From positions 64,001 through 128,000 of the forward strand of contig CAVOXA010000007.1 of assembly GCA_963700285.1 (NCBI GenBank): 64,000 nt of DNA. The letters are read 5' to 3'. Of this stretch, positions 50,899 to 60,872 are shown one piece after another (the stretch's first letter is position 1; each line of letters starts with the position of its first letter). Made by a program: the position numbers and the translations under genes. The stretch comes from an uncultured Chloroflexia bacterium (GTDB taxonomy: Bacteria; Chloroflexota; Anaerolineae; JAAYZQ01). The notes beneath the pieces are model-generated. The model was not told the origin of the DNA. It was given only the letters and a program-made list of their open reading frames with translations, and did no database searches.

Positions 50899-51963
50899 TT
50901 AGAAATCAACGGTACAGCCCAGCCCAGGCACATCTCGAGCGATGAGCCAACCGTCCTCGAATAGGAAGCCCGCCCGGGTGGGGTCGTTTACCAGATCAAA
51001 GTGGCCGTCCAGGTCGCCATAACGGACGTTGGGGCTGCTCAGGGCCAGTCCCAAACCGGCGGCGATGAGCAGCGCAGGCTCGTGGATGCAACCCACCATG
51101 GTGGCCATCTGGGCCGCGCGGGCGATGCTGTCTACCTGACGGGCACAATGCAAGCCCCCACAGGTGGCAAGCTTGATGCTCACGCCAGTCGCAGCCCGCT
51201 GGCTGGCCAGCGCCAGCGCTGAACGCGGTCCTCGCAGGCTTTCGTCAGCGAGAATGGGAACCGGGCTGTGCTGGGTCACTTCCTTCAGAGCGCCAAGATC
51301 AGCAGCGGGCGTGGGCTGCTCCAGCATTTCCAACTTGCCCTCAAGGGCCCGGGCCACATTCAGCGCCTGCTGGACCGTGTAGCCCTGCTCCGCATCCAGG
51401 CGCAGGGCCAGACCGGGCAGTGCGGCGTGAACGGCCTGCACCCGGCGGACATCTTCTTCTGGCTCGAGGCCGCCTTTCAGTTTCAGAATGCGGAAGCCCT
51501 GCCGAGAGCGGTCAAGGGCCAGTTCCACCGTCTCTTTTTCCGGCGCCATGCTGAGGGTGATGGAGGTCTGGATGCGATGGCGGTAGCCGCCCAGGAGCCG
51601 GTGGAGGGGCAAGCCGGCCGCCAGGCCAAGGAGATCGTAGAAGGCGATGTCAAAGGCGCAGCGAGCTGAGGGCGTGCCCTCGGTCAGAGGAATCAATTCG
51701 GCCAGGGCGTATTCCGTATTCAGGGGATTCAGGTCCAGAGAGCGGTCGGCACAGGCCTGACAGACCTGGATGACCTGCTCCAGGGTTTCGCCCGTCAGGG
51801 TGGCGTCAAAGGCTGCACAGCCCCAGGCCACCCGTCCTTCCCGTGTCTCGATGCGCACAAAGATGCAGTCGATGCTGGTGATCTCTGTCTGGTGGGTGGC
51901 CGTCCGGTAGGGCAATCTCAATTGCAATTCAACGGGCACGACCTCAACCTTCGAAATCTGCAT
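50899..51963 (-). CDS. Dipeptide (L-Ala-D/L-Glu) epimerase-like protein, enolase superfamily
   Basis: LKLK, LDAE, LEQP, ADES, IKL, DLDG. Confidence 0.85.
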   Translation of the reverse strand: MQISKVEVVPVELQLRLPYRTATHQTEITSIDCIFVRIETREGRVAWGCAAFDATLTGETLEQVIQVCQACADRSLDLNPLNTEYALAELIPLTEGTPSARCAFDIAFYDLLGLAAGLPLHRLLGGYRHRIQTSITLSMAPEKETVELALDRSRQGFRILKLKGGLEPEEDVRRVQAVHAALPGLALRLDAEQGYTVQQALNVARALEGKLEMLEQPTPAADLGALKEVTQHSPVPILADESLRGPRSALALASQRAATGVSIKLATCGGLHCARQVDSIARAAQMATMVGCIHEPALLIAAGLGLALSSPNVRYGDLDGHFDLVNDPTRAGFLFEDGWLIARDVPGLGCTVDF

Positions 51964-52262
51964 GAGAACCCCGCCTCCTTCCTCGATAACCCATTATACC
52001 CGCAATAGCCGCTGAAGGCAAAGCTCCTGTGGGACTGTTGCGGGGCAGTGGAGAAACAGGGCTGGTGCAGAGTACCTTGACATACACTATCGGCCAGATC
52101 TGTCCTTGCGAGGCGCGCCGTTTGCGCCGTGGCAATCCCCAGGGCAAAGGTGGAGATCGCGTTCCCTCGGCAGGCCCTTCGCGGACTCAGGACATGCTCG
52201 GGACAGGCGCTGACGCTCGCGATGACGACTTTGCTATGGCCCTAGTGAAGAAAATCGGGGTA

Positions 52263-52291
52263 TTGACTTGTGCCCCTGCTTCTGGTATAAT
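52263..52291 (+). promoter_or_regulatory. Near-consensus sigma70 promoter
   Basis: TTGACT-N17-TATAAT with extended -10 TG. Confidence 0.75.
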
Positions 52292-52552
52292 GTAGCCGGT
52301 CGAGACCTAACCCCCACTGACAGGTGTGGCTCAAGCACCGGCGCACGGGCCGCGCTCTGTTCTCGCGACTGCTGACCTTGGCTGGTTCCAGGCCTTGGGA
52401 GCGGTGCTGCTCGCAGTCGACATGGACCACCAACCGACATGAGACCCGTTCGATCGATAGGGTACGGGCTTGGCGCTATCCCAGTGGCAGTGTCGCGACA
52501 CGCGCCGCCGCCGGCCCCTGCGGCGCGTTGAACGTGGAGAGGAATCGAAATC

Positions 52553-53671
52553 ATGTTGAAGCTACGCATCGTTCAGGCTGAGCAAGGCGACTGCCTGGTT
52601 CTGGAATATGGTACAGATTCGAGTCCCAGGTACATCCTGATCGACGGTGGACCAAACCAGATCTATGCTGATCACCTCCGGTTCGTGCTTGGCGAGATAC
52701 GCGAGGCCGGTCACAAGCTAGATCTGGTCATCCTGAGCCACGTGGATGATGACCACGTGAATGGCCTGCTGGATCTGACGGCTGAGCTACAGGAGCAGCG
52801 CATGGAAGGCGACAAGGAGACCATTGCCATTGACGAGATGTGGCACAACACCTTCAGCCAAACGGCGGGCGCTGACGTTGAGCAACGCTTCCGGTCTCTC
52901 ACCGAGCGGGCAGGCGCCTCTCGCGATATCATGAGCCGCACTGCCGTGGCCGGCCGCAGCATCCGCCAGGGGGATGAGCTTACCAGGGAGGCCAGCGCCC
53001 TGGAGATCCAGGTCAACCCCCGCTTTGCCCCAAAATACCTTGTTTCGGTCGACGATGTCCCCGACGCTGTTGTGCTCGGAAATCTGAGCCTGCAGGTAGT
53101 CGGCCCTACCTCAGACAATCTGGACCGGCTGAGAACAGAGTGGCAGGAGTGGCTGGAAAAGTACGACAAGCCTGTCCTGTCGCGGGACCCAGCCGAGGCC
53201 GAGCGAGCCGCCCTGGCCGCTGACAGCAGCATCCCGAACCTGAGCAGTATCATGCTGCTGGCCGAAGCCGACGGCAAGAGGCTGCTGCTCACCGGCGATG
53301 GGCGTGGAGATCATTTGCTCGAGGGCTTGGAGAAAGCCGGCTTACTCGAGCCTGGGGGGAGCTTTCATGTGGATGTCCTCAAGGTCCCCCACCACGGGAG
53401 CAAACGCAACGTCACGCCCGCGTTCTTCCAGACTGTGACGGCCGACCAGTACGTGGTCTCGGCCAACGGCAAGCACGACAATCCGGACCTCGATACGCTC
53501 CACTGGATCGTGGAAGCGGCCCGAGCACAGGGACGATGTATCGAGATCTTGGCCACCAATGCCACGGATGCCACGCGACGTCTTGTCGTCGAACGCGATC
53601 CTGGCGAGTATGGATACCGATTGTTCGAGATGGCGCCGGGTGAACACTCGATGGTTCTGGAGCTTGCCTGA
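52553..53671 (+). CDS. ComEC/Avs1a-like MBL-fold hydrolase
   Basis: GDCL, LIDGG, SHVDDDHVNG, NLSSI, LTGDG, KVPHHGS, HDNPD. Confidence 0.85.
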   Translation: MLKLRIVQAEQGDCLVLEYGTDSSPRYILIDGGPNQIYADHLRFVLGEIREAGHKLDLVILSHVDDDHVNGLLDLTAELQEQRMEGDKETIAIDEMWHNTFSQTAGADVEQRFRSLTERAGASRDIMSRTAVAGRSIRQGDELTREASALEIQVNPRFAPKYLVSVDDVPDAVVLGNLSLQVVGPTSDNLDRLRTEWQEWLEKYDKPVLSRDPAEAERAALAADSSIPNLSSIMLLAEADGKRLLLTGDGRGDHLLEGLEKAGLLEPGGSFHVDVLKVPHHGSKRNVTPAFFQTVTADQYVVSANGKHDNPDLDTLHWIVEAARAQGRCIEILATNATDATRRLVVERDPGEYGYRLFEMAPGEHSMVLELA

Positions 53672-53879
53672 AGGACTGGGGCCAGAGCTGCGCGGGCCAC
53701 GCGTGACGCCCAGCAGAGGAGAATCAAATGGCGTTGCCTTTCCGGGCCCGACCTGGTTGTTATCCACGGAAGGAGGTGGTGTAGATCTGGTGTCAGCAGA
53801 GCTGTCCGTGAGCGTCCCGTCTGGGACGCTGCCAGAAGACACAGCGTTAGGAGCAACTACAGAATAAGGAGAGCACATC

Positions 53880-54803
53880 ATGTCCAAGAAGGCGTTAATT
53901 GTTGGGATCAACGACTTTGCGACCGTTAGTGGCCTGCGCGGATGCATCAACGACACCTACGAGATGCAGGGGGTTCTCAGAGACTATGCTGGGTTCCAGG
54001 ATGACGATATCAGACTGCTGCACGACAAGGATGCGTCTTCCCAAGGCATACGCGACGGACTTGCCTGGCTTCTGAGTGACTATGCCGGCGGCGGACAGGA
54101 CGTCCGGGTCTTTCACTTTTCCAGCCATGGCACCCAGGTGGCTGACCAGGGCGACGACGAATGGGAGTGCCAGGATGAGGTCATTGTGACCTATGACCAC
54201 GACTGGGGTGATCCTTTTCGGGACGATGACCTGAGAGAGATCTTTGAGGACGTCCCGGAGGACGTGGCCTTTACCTTCCTCGCGGACTGCTGTCACAGCG
54301 GTACGATCCAGAAGGGCATCATTGACGCTCAGGTGGACTTTTTGCCGCGCTATGTAACGCCGCCCGAAGAGGTCCTGATAGAGATCGAAAGCAAGGTAGC
54401 CACGCGGGACGCCGAGGCTGATGCCTGGGCCGCTGCCCAGTTGGCGCAGATGCTCAAGGATATCCCGCCCGAACAATGGGCTGAAAAGATGCAAGAGTAC
54501 CTGGCGCTGCTGAGGCGAAGGTTCCGGGAGAACCGCTATGCCATCGTGCCGGCGGGCAGGGACGTCCTGCTGGCCGCTTGTGAGGACCGCCAGACCGCGG
54601 CGGATGCATATATCGATGGTGAGTACCGCGGCGCCTTTACCTGGGGGCTGGCCAAGGCCATCAAAGAGGCCAACGGCATTCTCACCTATGATGAACTCAT
54701 CACCCAAACAGGGGCAAACCTGAACAAGTATGAGCAGAGGCCGCAGCTCGAGTGCCCGCCGGAGCTCTATGGGCACCAGGTTTTTGCGCCACTGGGCTCA
54801 TAG
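53880..54803 (+). CDS. Metacaspase (peptidase C14)
   Basis: ALIVGIN, LRGCIND, SSHGTQ (catalytic His), DCCHSG (catalytic Cys), GAFT, QRPQL. Confidence 0.92.
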   Translation: MSKKALIVGINDFATVSGLRGCINDTYEMQGVLRDYAGFQDDDIRLLHDKDASSQGIRDGLAWLLSDYAGGGQDVRVFHFSSHGTQVADQGDDEWECQDEVIVTYDHDWGDPFRDDDLREIFEDVPEDVAFTFLADCCHSGTIQKGIIDAQVDFLPRYVTPPEEVLIEIESKVATRDAEADAWAAAQLAQMLKDIPPEQWAEKMQEYLALLRRRFRENRYAIVPAGRDVLLAACEDRQTAADAYIDGEYRGAFTWGLAKAIKEANGILTYDELITQTGANLNKYEQRPQLECPPELYGHQVFAPLGS

Positions 54804-54902
54804 TACGAGCGTTGTTTTCTTCACCGACCGCCGGGAGGTTCGCGTAGGGCAGGACCTCTCGGTGGACGGTGGGTGCCAGGCCGCCCAGCAAAGGAGATCT
54901 CG

Positions 54903-55574
54903 ATGGGCTCTCAGTTACCCCAACCCGCTGGGCGTAGGCCGTGGGTCGAGGTCCTCGATGAAAGGGAGGATTATCGGTTCGGCGGCCTCTTTTGCATTGT
55001 GCTCGCCACGCTCCGCTACCGGCGCTTTGACGGAGAGATGAGCGCACAGGTGCAGCGTATCAACTTTGAGCGTGGTGACTCAGTGGGGGTACTGCTCTTC
55101 GACCCAAAGGCAGAGGCAGTGGTCCTGGTGCGCCAGTTTCGCTACCCGGTCTATGCCGGCCTCGAGCCTGAGGCGCGAACTGGGGCTGGAGCCCAGAGGG
55201 CATGGCTGCTGGAGATCGTCGCCGGCATGCAGGACAGCGGCCGGACGGTACGCGAGGTGGCTCATCGGGAGTTGCTGGAGGAGGCGGGCTACGGGCTTCA
55301 GGGGAGTTTGCAGCCAATCGCCACCATCTATGCCAGCCCGGGCGGTACCTCGGAGCGTATCCATATTTTCCTGGCTGAGGTCAAAGGCGGTTCGCCCGTG
55401 GGTCCTGGAGGTGGGTCCGCGTCGGAGGGGGAAGATACGCAGGTCGTTGTCCTGCCCCTGCTAGAGGCCATGGCCATGGTTGCCCGTGGGGAGATACAGG
55501 ACGCCAAGACCGTCGTGGCCCTCCAGCATCTGGCCCTGCAGCGGGCCCTTGGTCAGGAGATGGCGGGCGCCTAG
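54903..55574 (+). CDS. Nudix hydrolase (NudF/NudK-like nucleotide-sugar pyrophosphatase)
   Basis: LVRQFRYP, AGMQD...AHRELLEEAG, SPGG, EGED, DAKT. Confidence 0.88.
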   Translation: MGSQLPQPAGRRPWVEVLDEREDYRFGGLFCIVLATLRYRRFDGEMSAQVQRINFERGDSVGVLLFDPKAEAVVLVRQFRYPVYAGLEPEARTGAGAQRAWLLEIVAGMQDSGRTVREVAHRELLEEAGYGLQGSLQPIATIYASPGGTSERIHIFLAEVKGGSPVGPGGGSASEGEDTQVVVLPLLEAMAMVARGEIQDAKTVVALQHLALQRALGQEMAGA

Positions 55575-55649
55575 ACCGTCCATGTTTGGGGGTGGTGGCT
55601 GGGGCCAAGTTGTGGTAAAATGTGCCCCATCCTGGCCCGAGGTCCGAGC

Positions 55650-56771
55650 ATGAAACGTACTGCTGACGTTGTCATCATTGGTGGAGGTATCCAGGGGCTG
55701 AGCCTGGCCTATCATCTGGCTATCAAGGGTCTTACCGACGTATGCCTCCTGGAGATGAACACCCTGGGCAGCGGCTCGTCGGGGCGTTCGGCGACCATCA
55801 TCGGCTACACTTTCCAGTCGGAGCAGTCGCTGCCCCTCACGCGCTGGTCCTTTGCCGCACTGGGGCGTTTTGAGGACGAGCTGGAGGCAAGCCCTGGCTT
55901 CGAGCCGATCGGTTGCCTGTTGCTGGCTGGCCCACAGTCCGGCCCAAAGCTGCGAGATCGCAGCACCCTCCTGCAGGGTATGGGCATCGCCAGCCGTCTG
56001 GTGGACGACGCGGAAATCCTCGGCCTGACACCGGGCCTGAACCTGGCGGACATCGACACGGCTGTGTACAATGCCGGGGCAGGCGCCATCGATGCTCACT
56101 CGATGATGATGGCCTATGCGGCTCAGGCCCGCCGCTTGGGCGTGGAGCTTGTCGAAGGGATTCGGGCGACCGGACTGCTGACCCAGGGGCAGCGGGTGGT
56201 GGGGGTGGAGACGACGGCGGGCGCCGTCGCAACGCCTTGCGTGGTCAATGCAGCCGGCTTTCGGGCCCGCCAGGTCGCTGCCTGGGCCGGGCTGGACCTG
56301 CCCATCACCAACCTGAAGCGCCACATCTTTTTCACGGGCCCTGTTTCCGCCTATTCCGGCCCCATCCCGTTCACCTATGACCATGACGCGGCCTGGTACA
56401 TGCGTCGCGAGGGGCCGGGTTTACTCATGGGCATGGGATCGGTGGAGAGCGACGAGGAGGATCCCAAGGTGGACTGGTCTTTCCTCGACGAGGTGATCGA
56501 TCACGCGCTGCACCGCGCTCCACCGCTGGAGACCGCAACCGTCCAGAGCGCTTGGGCGGGCCTACGTCCCATGACACCGGATGAAGATCCCATCCTGGGG
56601 CCGGCGCCCCAACTGCGGGGGTTCTACAACGACTGCGGATGGGGTGGCCACGGCGTCATGCACTCGCCAGCGGCGGGCATGGCGCTGGCTGAATGGATCG
56701 TAGATGGCCGGGCGAACTCGGTGGACCTTGCTTGCTTTGGCGCGGAGCGCTTTGAGGGGTTGGGGGGCTAG
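55650..56771 (+). CDS. FAD-dependent oxidoreductase (DAO/sarcosine oxidase beta family)
   Basis: IGGGIQG, GSSGRSA, VNAAG, WAGLRPMTPD, GHGVM. Confidence 0.9.
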   Translation: MKRTADVVIIGGGIQGLSLAYHLAIKGLTDVCLLEMNTLGSGSSGRSATIIGYTFQSEQSLPLTRWSFAALGRFEDELEASPGFEPIGCLLLAGPQSGPKLRDRSTLLQGMGIASRLVDDAEILGLTPGLNLADIDTAVYNAGAGAIDAHSMMMAYAAQARRLGVELVEGIRATGLLTQGQRVVGVETTAGAVATPCVVNAAGFRARQVAAWAGLDLPITNLKRHIFFTGPVSAYSGPIPFTYDHDAAWYMRREGPGLLMGMGSVESDEEDPKVDWSFLDEVIDHALHRAPPLETATVQSAWAGLRPMTPDEDPILGPAPQLRGFYNDCGWGGHGVMHSPAAGMALAEWIVDGRANSVDLACFGAERFEGLGG

Positions 56772-56799
56772 TACTTTTTCAGGGTGAAAATGACATACT

Positions 56800-56900
56800 T
56801 GTCATTGCGAGCGCAGCGAAGCAATCCCTATGAAATCGTGAGAAATCGACAGCTTGGCGCAAGTGGGGATTGCTTCGTCGCTTCGCTCCTCGCAATGACA
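56800..56900. repeat. REP-like inverted pair (GTCATTGCGAG type)
   Basis: TGTCATTGCGAGCGCAGCGAAGCAATCCC ... GGGATTGCTTCGTCGCTTCGCTCCTCGCAATGACA. Confidence 0.8.
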
Positions 56901-56954
56901 CGCATCATAACCATGTTGGACAGGTACTAGGGCGAGAGGCGTCCTTTGGATGGT

Positions 56955-58208
56955 TCAGTCCCTACGATAGAGAGTCAAGACCATCCTTGTGCCGCTGCCC
57001 GGGATGCTCTCCAGCCGCAGGTGCCCGTCCATCCGCCTGGCTCTTTCCTGCATGCCGGCCAGGCCGTAGCACTCTGGCCGGCGCATGCTCTCTGCCACGT
57101 CGAATCCGACGCCATCGTCTTCTACTACGACCTTCAGTTCTTCCCCGGCCGTAAGTACCTGCACGTGCACCAGGTCTGCCTGCGCATGGCGGGCCACATT
57201 GCTCAGGCTTTCCTCGACGACGCGCAGAATCCCCTCGGCCATTGCTGGCGGTACCTCTACCGCCAAGTCATCCACCTCGAGGGATGCCTGGATCCCGGCA
57301 GAACCAGTAAAATCATCAACCTTCCCGATCAGGGCCTCGATGAAGCTGCCCGGTTCCAGCGTCGTCGCGCGTAGGGCCTGGCTGGCGTGGTCCGCGATCT
57401 CCTGGGCCACCCGGGCCTGCTCCAAAGCCTGCTGCAGCTCAGTCAGCAACTTCTCTGGTTCCGGTTGGCCCTCTTCCAGTTCGCGGCCGGAAGCCTCCAA
57501 CTGTCGCGCCAGTTCGGCCAGATGTTGGACCAATTCATCGTGCAGTTCAAGGGCCGCGCGCTGCTTTTCCTGAGCGACAGACAGGTCCTGTACCAGGGCG
57601 GCGTGGGACCGCAAGCGCTGGCGGGCAAGATCAAGCTCCTGGTCCAAAAGGCGCACGCTCTCACGAGCTTGGATCTGGCGAGCGTAGAGCAGTACGCAGA
57701 GGAAGGCAAAGGCCACCATCAGGGCGACCACGGGCAAATAGCCAACCAAGAACCCGATGTCCCACATCAGGATACCGTTCAAGGCGAACAGGCCGAGACA
57801 GGCCAGGACAGCCAGGACCGCAGCGCGGGTATTGGGCCAGACGATGGCCACTGCTTCTCCGACCAGGGCGATGTAGAGGCCAACGATCAGGCCCTGGCTC
57901 TGGATCAGCGCGCTCATGCCCAGGAGCAGCAGGCCCTGCACGGCCAGGTAGGCGGCCAGCCATGACCAGCCCTGGTCCTTCGCCGCGTGCATTCTCAGGC
58001 GCGGGCTGAGCCCATGCAGGACCGCGTGCATGGCCATGAGCGCCGTGAACAGGGCAAGCTGTAGCGGATCCCGCATCGATCCGGCAGAGACGACGACCAC
58101 CAGGTAGGTCGCCCCCAGCACCGCATACAGAACGAGGAGGAAGGGCAGGGCGGCGGCCGCCTCCTCTTTGGTAGAGAAGCCCAGGCTGGAAGATAGACGT
58201 TGGACCAT
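56955..58208 (-). CDS. HisKA_3 (NarX/DesK-type) membrane histidine kinase
   Basis: About 6 TM, ELHDELVQ, EESLSNVARHA, DDGVGF, GLAGMQER. Confidence 0.9.
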   Translation of the reverse strand: MVQRLSSSLGFSTKEEAAAALPFLLVLYAVLGATYLVVVVSAGSMRDPLQLALFTALMAMHAVLHGLSPRLRMHAAKDQGWSWLAAYLAVQGLLLLGMSALIQSQGLIVGLYIALVGEAVAIVWPNTRAAVLAVLACLGLFALNGILMWDIGFLVGYLPVVALMVAFAFLCVLLYARQIQARESVRLLDQELDLARQRLRSHAALVQDLSVAQEKQRAALELHDELVQHLAELARQLEASGRELEEGQPEPEKLLTELQQALEQARVAQEIADHASQALRATTLEPGSFIEALIGKVDDFTGSAGIQASLEVDDLAVEVPPAMAEGILRVVEESLSNVARHAQADLVHVQVLTAGEELKVVVEDDGVGFDVAESMRRPECYGLAGMQERARRMDGHLRLESIPGSGTRMVLTLYRRD

Positions 58209-58411
58209 GGTGAAACCTCAAGGCCATTGTACCACAAAAGAGGGTCATGAGATAGTTGTAGAGTGGCAGGCTGTGGCCCGCTTGGCAGGGAGTCTGGTTT
58301 GCTTGCCAAAACCACGTCCCGTTGCTATACTGGATGGGTTGAGCCCGGGTTGCTTGCTCCGTGATCTCGGACCAGGCTGGGCCGACAGCAGGAGCGGTGG
58401 ACTGTGGTCCA

Positions 58412-58533
58412 CCTGGAGCTGTTGAGAGAGCTTTCACACAGTCTGGCTTGTGCTGGACCACAGTCCAGCACCTGCGCGCAGGGACCGCCAGACTGTGGCC
58501 TGCCTGGAACTGTTGAGAGAGCTTTCACACAGT
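58412..58533. repeat. Two 31-bp direct repeats with internal dyad symmetry
   Basis: CCTGGARCTGTTGAGAGAGCTTTCACACAGT at 58412 and 58503. Confidence 0.7.
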
Positions 58534-58581
58534 TTGGAGCTGTTGGGGTGAGGATGCGGTGATCCGAGAGCAATCGCTTGC

Positions 58582-59796
58582 CTACACCAAGGGCTTTGTC
58601 TCAGTCGCTGGCTGCTCCGGGACGGGGCTTTCTCCTTTGAGCCAGCCCAGGCTCAGGAAAAAGCCGATGAGCATGATGAAGGAGCCACTCCAATAGGGGT
58701 AGCTGATATTGCTGTCAAAGACAAAGCCTGCCCAGGACGGCCCGACCATCCTTCCCAGGCTCATGAAGGAGTTGTTCAGGCCCATGGCCACGCCCTGGCC
58801 GCCGCTGGCCCGCTGGGAGATCAGGGCCGAGACCGCGGGCCGGAGCAGGGCGTTGCTGATGATGAAAAAGCTCACGGTCAGCAGGACGGCGACGTAGGTC
58901 TCAGCTTGCAGCATGAGGACAAAGCCGATGGCGCTGCCCAGCAGAGAGGCGCGGATGATGGCCACCTCGCCCCAGCGCTTGGTAAGCGGGCCGGTCAGCC
59001 CACCCTGGACCAGCGCCGAGGCCAGGCCGATGACGGTCAGAATGGTACCCACGCGCGCCGGGCCATAATCGTAGCGCTGCAGCGCGTACAGGCCAAAGAC
59101 TGCCTCAAAGTTGGCGAGCCCGTAGGAAACCAGGAAGGCGAGGATGAGTAGAAAGCCAATGGGCCCAAAGAGCGCTTTCCACATCTCGCCAAACTGCGGT
59201 CCCTGCAAGCCCTTGCCGCCCTGCGTGCGCGCCTCTTTTGGCAGCGACTCGGGCAGGGCCAGCCAGACAAAGGGCAGCATCAGGGCGGAGAGCCCGGCCG
59301 CGATAAAGAAAGGCAGCGATAGCGACTGCGTGGCCAGCCAGCCGCCCAGTCCGGGGCCCAGAACCATGCCTACGCCCATGGCAGCGCCGAGCATGCCCAT
59401 GCCGCCGCCCCGATCCTCGTCGGAGGTACTGTCGCCGATGTAGGCCATGGCCGTGGGCAGCGTGGCGGCGGACAGGATGCCCGCCAGGGCGCGGGAGGCG
59501 AAGAGCATCCACAACTCGGTAGACAGGCCAAAGAGCAGTTGGGAAACGGCATAGCCCAGGATGCCGATCATCAGCACCCCTTTGCGCCCATGCCGGTCTG
59601 AGAGCTGTCCCCAGAGGGGTGCAAAAAGGAACTGCATCGCGGCAAAGGTCGCCATCAGAAGGCCCAGTTCGCTGCCGCTGGCGCCAAAGCTGTCGATGTA
59701 GAAGGGGATGAGCGGGATGATCATCCCAAAGCCCAGCATGATCACGACCAGCGTGATAAAGAGGATGGCCATGCTGCGGCGGTTGTGCTTTGTCAT
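58582..59796 (-). CDS. MFS transporter (TetA/DHA1 family)
   Basis: 12 TM, GQLSDRHGRK motif A, GMVLGPGLGG motif C. Confidence 0.92.
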   Translation of the reverse strand: MTKHNRRSMAILFITLVVIMLGFGMIIPLIPFYIDSFGASGSELGLLMATFAAMQFLFAPLWGQLSDRHGRKGVLMIGILGYAVSQLLFGLSTELWMLFASRALAGILSAATLPTAMAYIGDSTSDEDRGGGMGMLGAAMGVGMVLGPGLGGWLATQSLSLPFFIAAGLSALMLPFVWLALPESLPKEARTQGGKGLQGPQFGEMWKALFGPIGFLLILAFLVSYGLANFEAVFGLYALQRYDYGPARVGTILTVIGLASALVQGGLTGPLTKRWGEVAIIRASLLGSAIGFVLMLQAETYVAVLLTVSFFIISNALLRPAVSALISQRASGGQGVAMGLNNSFMSLGRMVGPSWAGFVFDSNISYPYWSGSFIMLIGFFLSLGWLKGESPVPEQPATETKPLV

Positions 59797-59882
59797 AGAC
59801 TCTTGTCCTTTCCGGTGACGGCTGATTATAGGTAGGCATCACCGATCTGTCAAAAACGAACGGGTGGGGGGAATCAAGGACC

Positions 59883-60707
59883 ATGCACGAATCGGAGACC
59901 ATCGAGCGGAACCGGCGCGGTTGGAATGCCATAGCAAATAGCTATCAGGCTGAGAGGCGGATCTCGCTCAACGATGTGCACTATGGCCCGCTGGCCGCGG
60001 GCGAGCGGGAGCTTGGGCTGCTGGGGGAGGTGGCCGGCTTGCGGATCCTTGAGGTCGGCTGTGGCGGCGGGCAGAACAGCCTGGTGCTAACCCGCTGGGG
60101 CGCAAGCTGTGTTGGGATTGACCCTTCAAGCTTTCAGTTGGCCCACGCCCGGCGCCTGGCCCAGGAGCAGGGCCTGTCAGTACAATTCGCCATCGGGATC
60201 GCCGAGGATCTGAGCGATTTTCAGGATGGCAGCTTTGACCTCGTACTCTCGTCCTATGCCTTTGACTATGTGGCAGACCTGGGCAAGGCCTGCAGCGAAG
60301 CGTGGCGCGTCCTCAAACCGGGCGGGCTGTTTGTCTTTTGCCAGAGCCATCCCTGGTTCCAGGCTGTGGGCTGGCACCTGGCCGGCGACGCCGACGCAGC
60401 CGAGGTAGGAGACTATGCCGCCTGGCCCGATCTGGAGGAGTGGGACTGGGAATTCGAGGACGGCACATCGGTGCCGATGCGAGGACACCTGCGGCCGCTG
60501 GCGCAGATTGTCAACTGTGTGATCGACAGTGGCTTTCATCTGGAGCGGATGGTGGAGCAGGCCACGGAGGATGTGGCGGGGGCCTCGGCCGAAGAACTGG
60601 CCCGCCTGCCTTACTTGAACTCCTATGATACCAGGAGCAAGGAGTACGAAATCATGCGCAAGCTGCCCTTTACGCTCATCATCCGGGCCAGAAAACCGGA
60701 TCGGTGA
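59883..60707 (+). CDS. Class I SAM-dependent methyltransferase
   Basis: ILEVGCGGG, GID, FDLV, RVLKPGG. Confidence 0.9.
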   Translation: MHESETIERNRRGWNAIANSYQAERRISLNDVHYGPLAAGERELGLLGEVAGLRILEVGCGGGQNSLVLTRWGASCVGIDPSSFQLAHARRLAQEQGLSVQFAIGIAEDLSDFQDGSFDLVLSSYAFDYVADLGKACSEAWRVLKPGGLFVFCQSHPWFQAVGWHLAGDADAAEVGDYAAWPDLEEWDWEFEDGTSVPMRGHLRPLAQIVNCVIDSGFHLERMVEQATEDVAGASAEELARLPYLNSYDTRSKEYEIMRKLPFTLIIRARKPDR

Positions 60708-60872
60708 GGGGTAGGGTCTTGCATTCCTGCTAGAGTGCCTGGAAAGGGCCATCCTCCCGCAGGCTCGCACTGGTATCGGCCTCGCTGCAGACCGCTTCTG
60801 CCAGGGCTTGGCATAGTACCCCGTGCCACAAGCCTGCGGGAGGATCCCGATGGCGATTTGTAACTGGAGTGC

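Noticed and set aside
52292-52552. Known riboswitch or small ORF in the MBL gene leader
   Set aside because: No recognisable consensus, and ORF 52324-52581 has no RBS or protein-like features.
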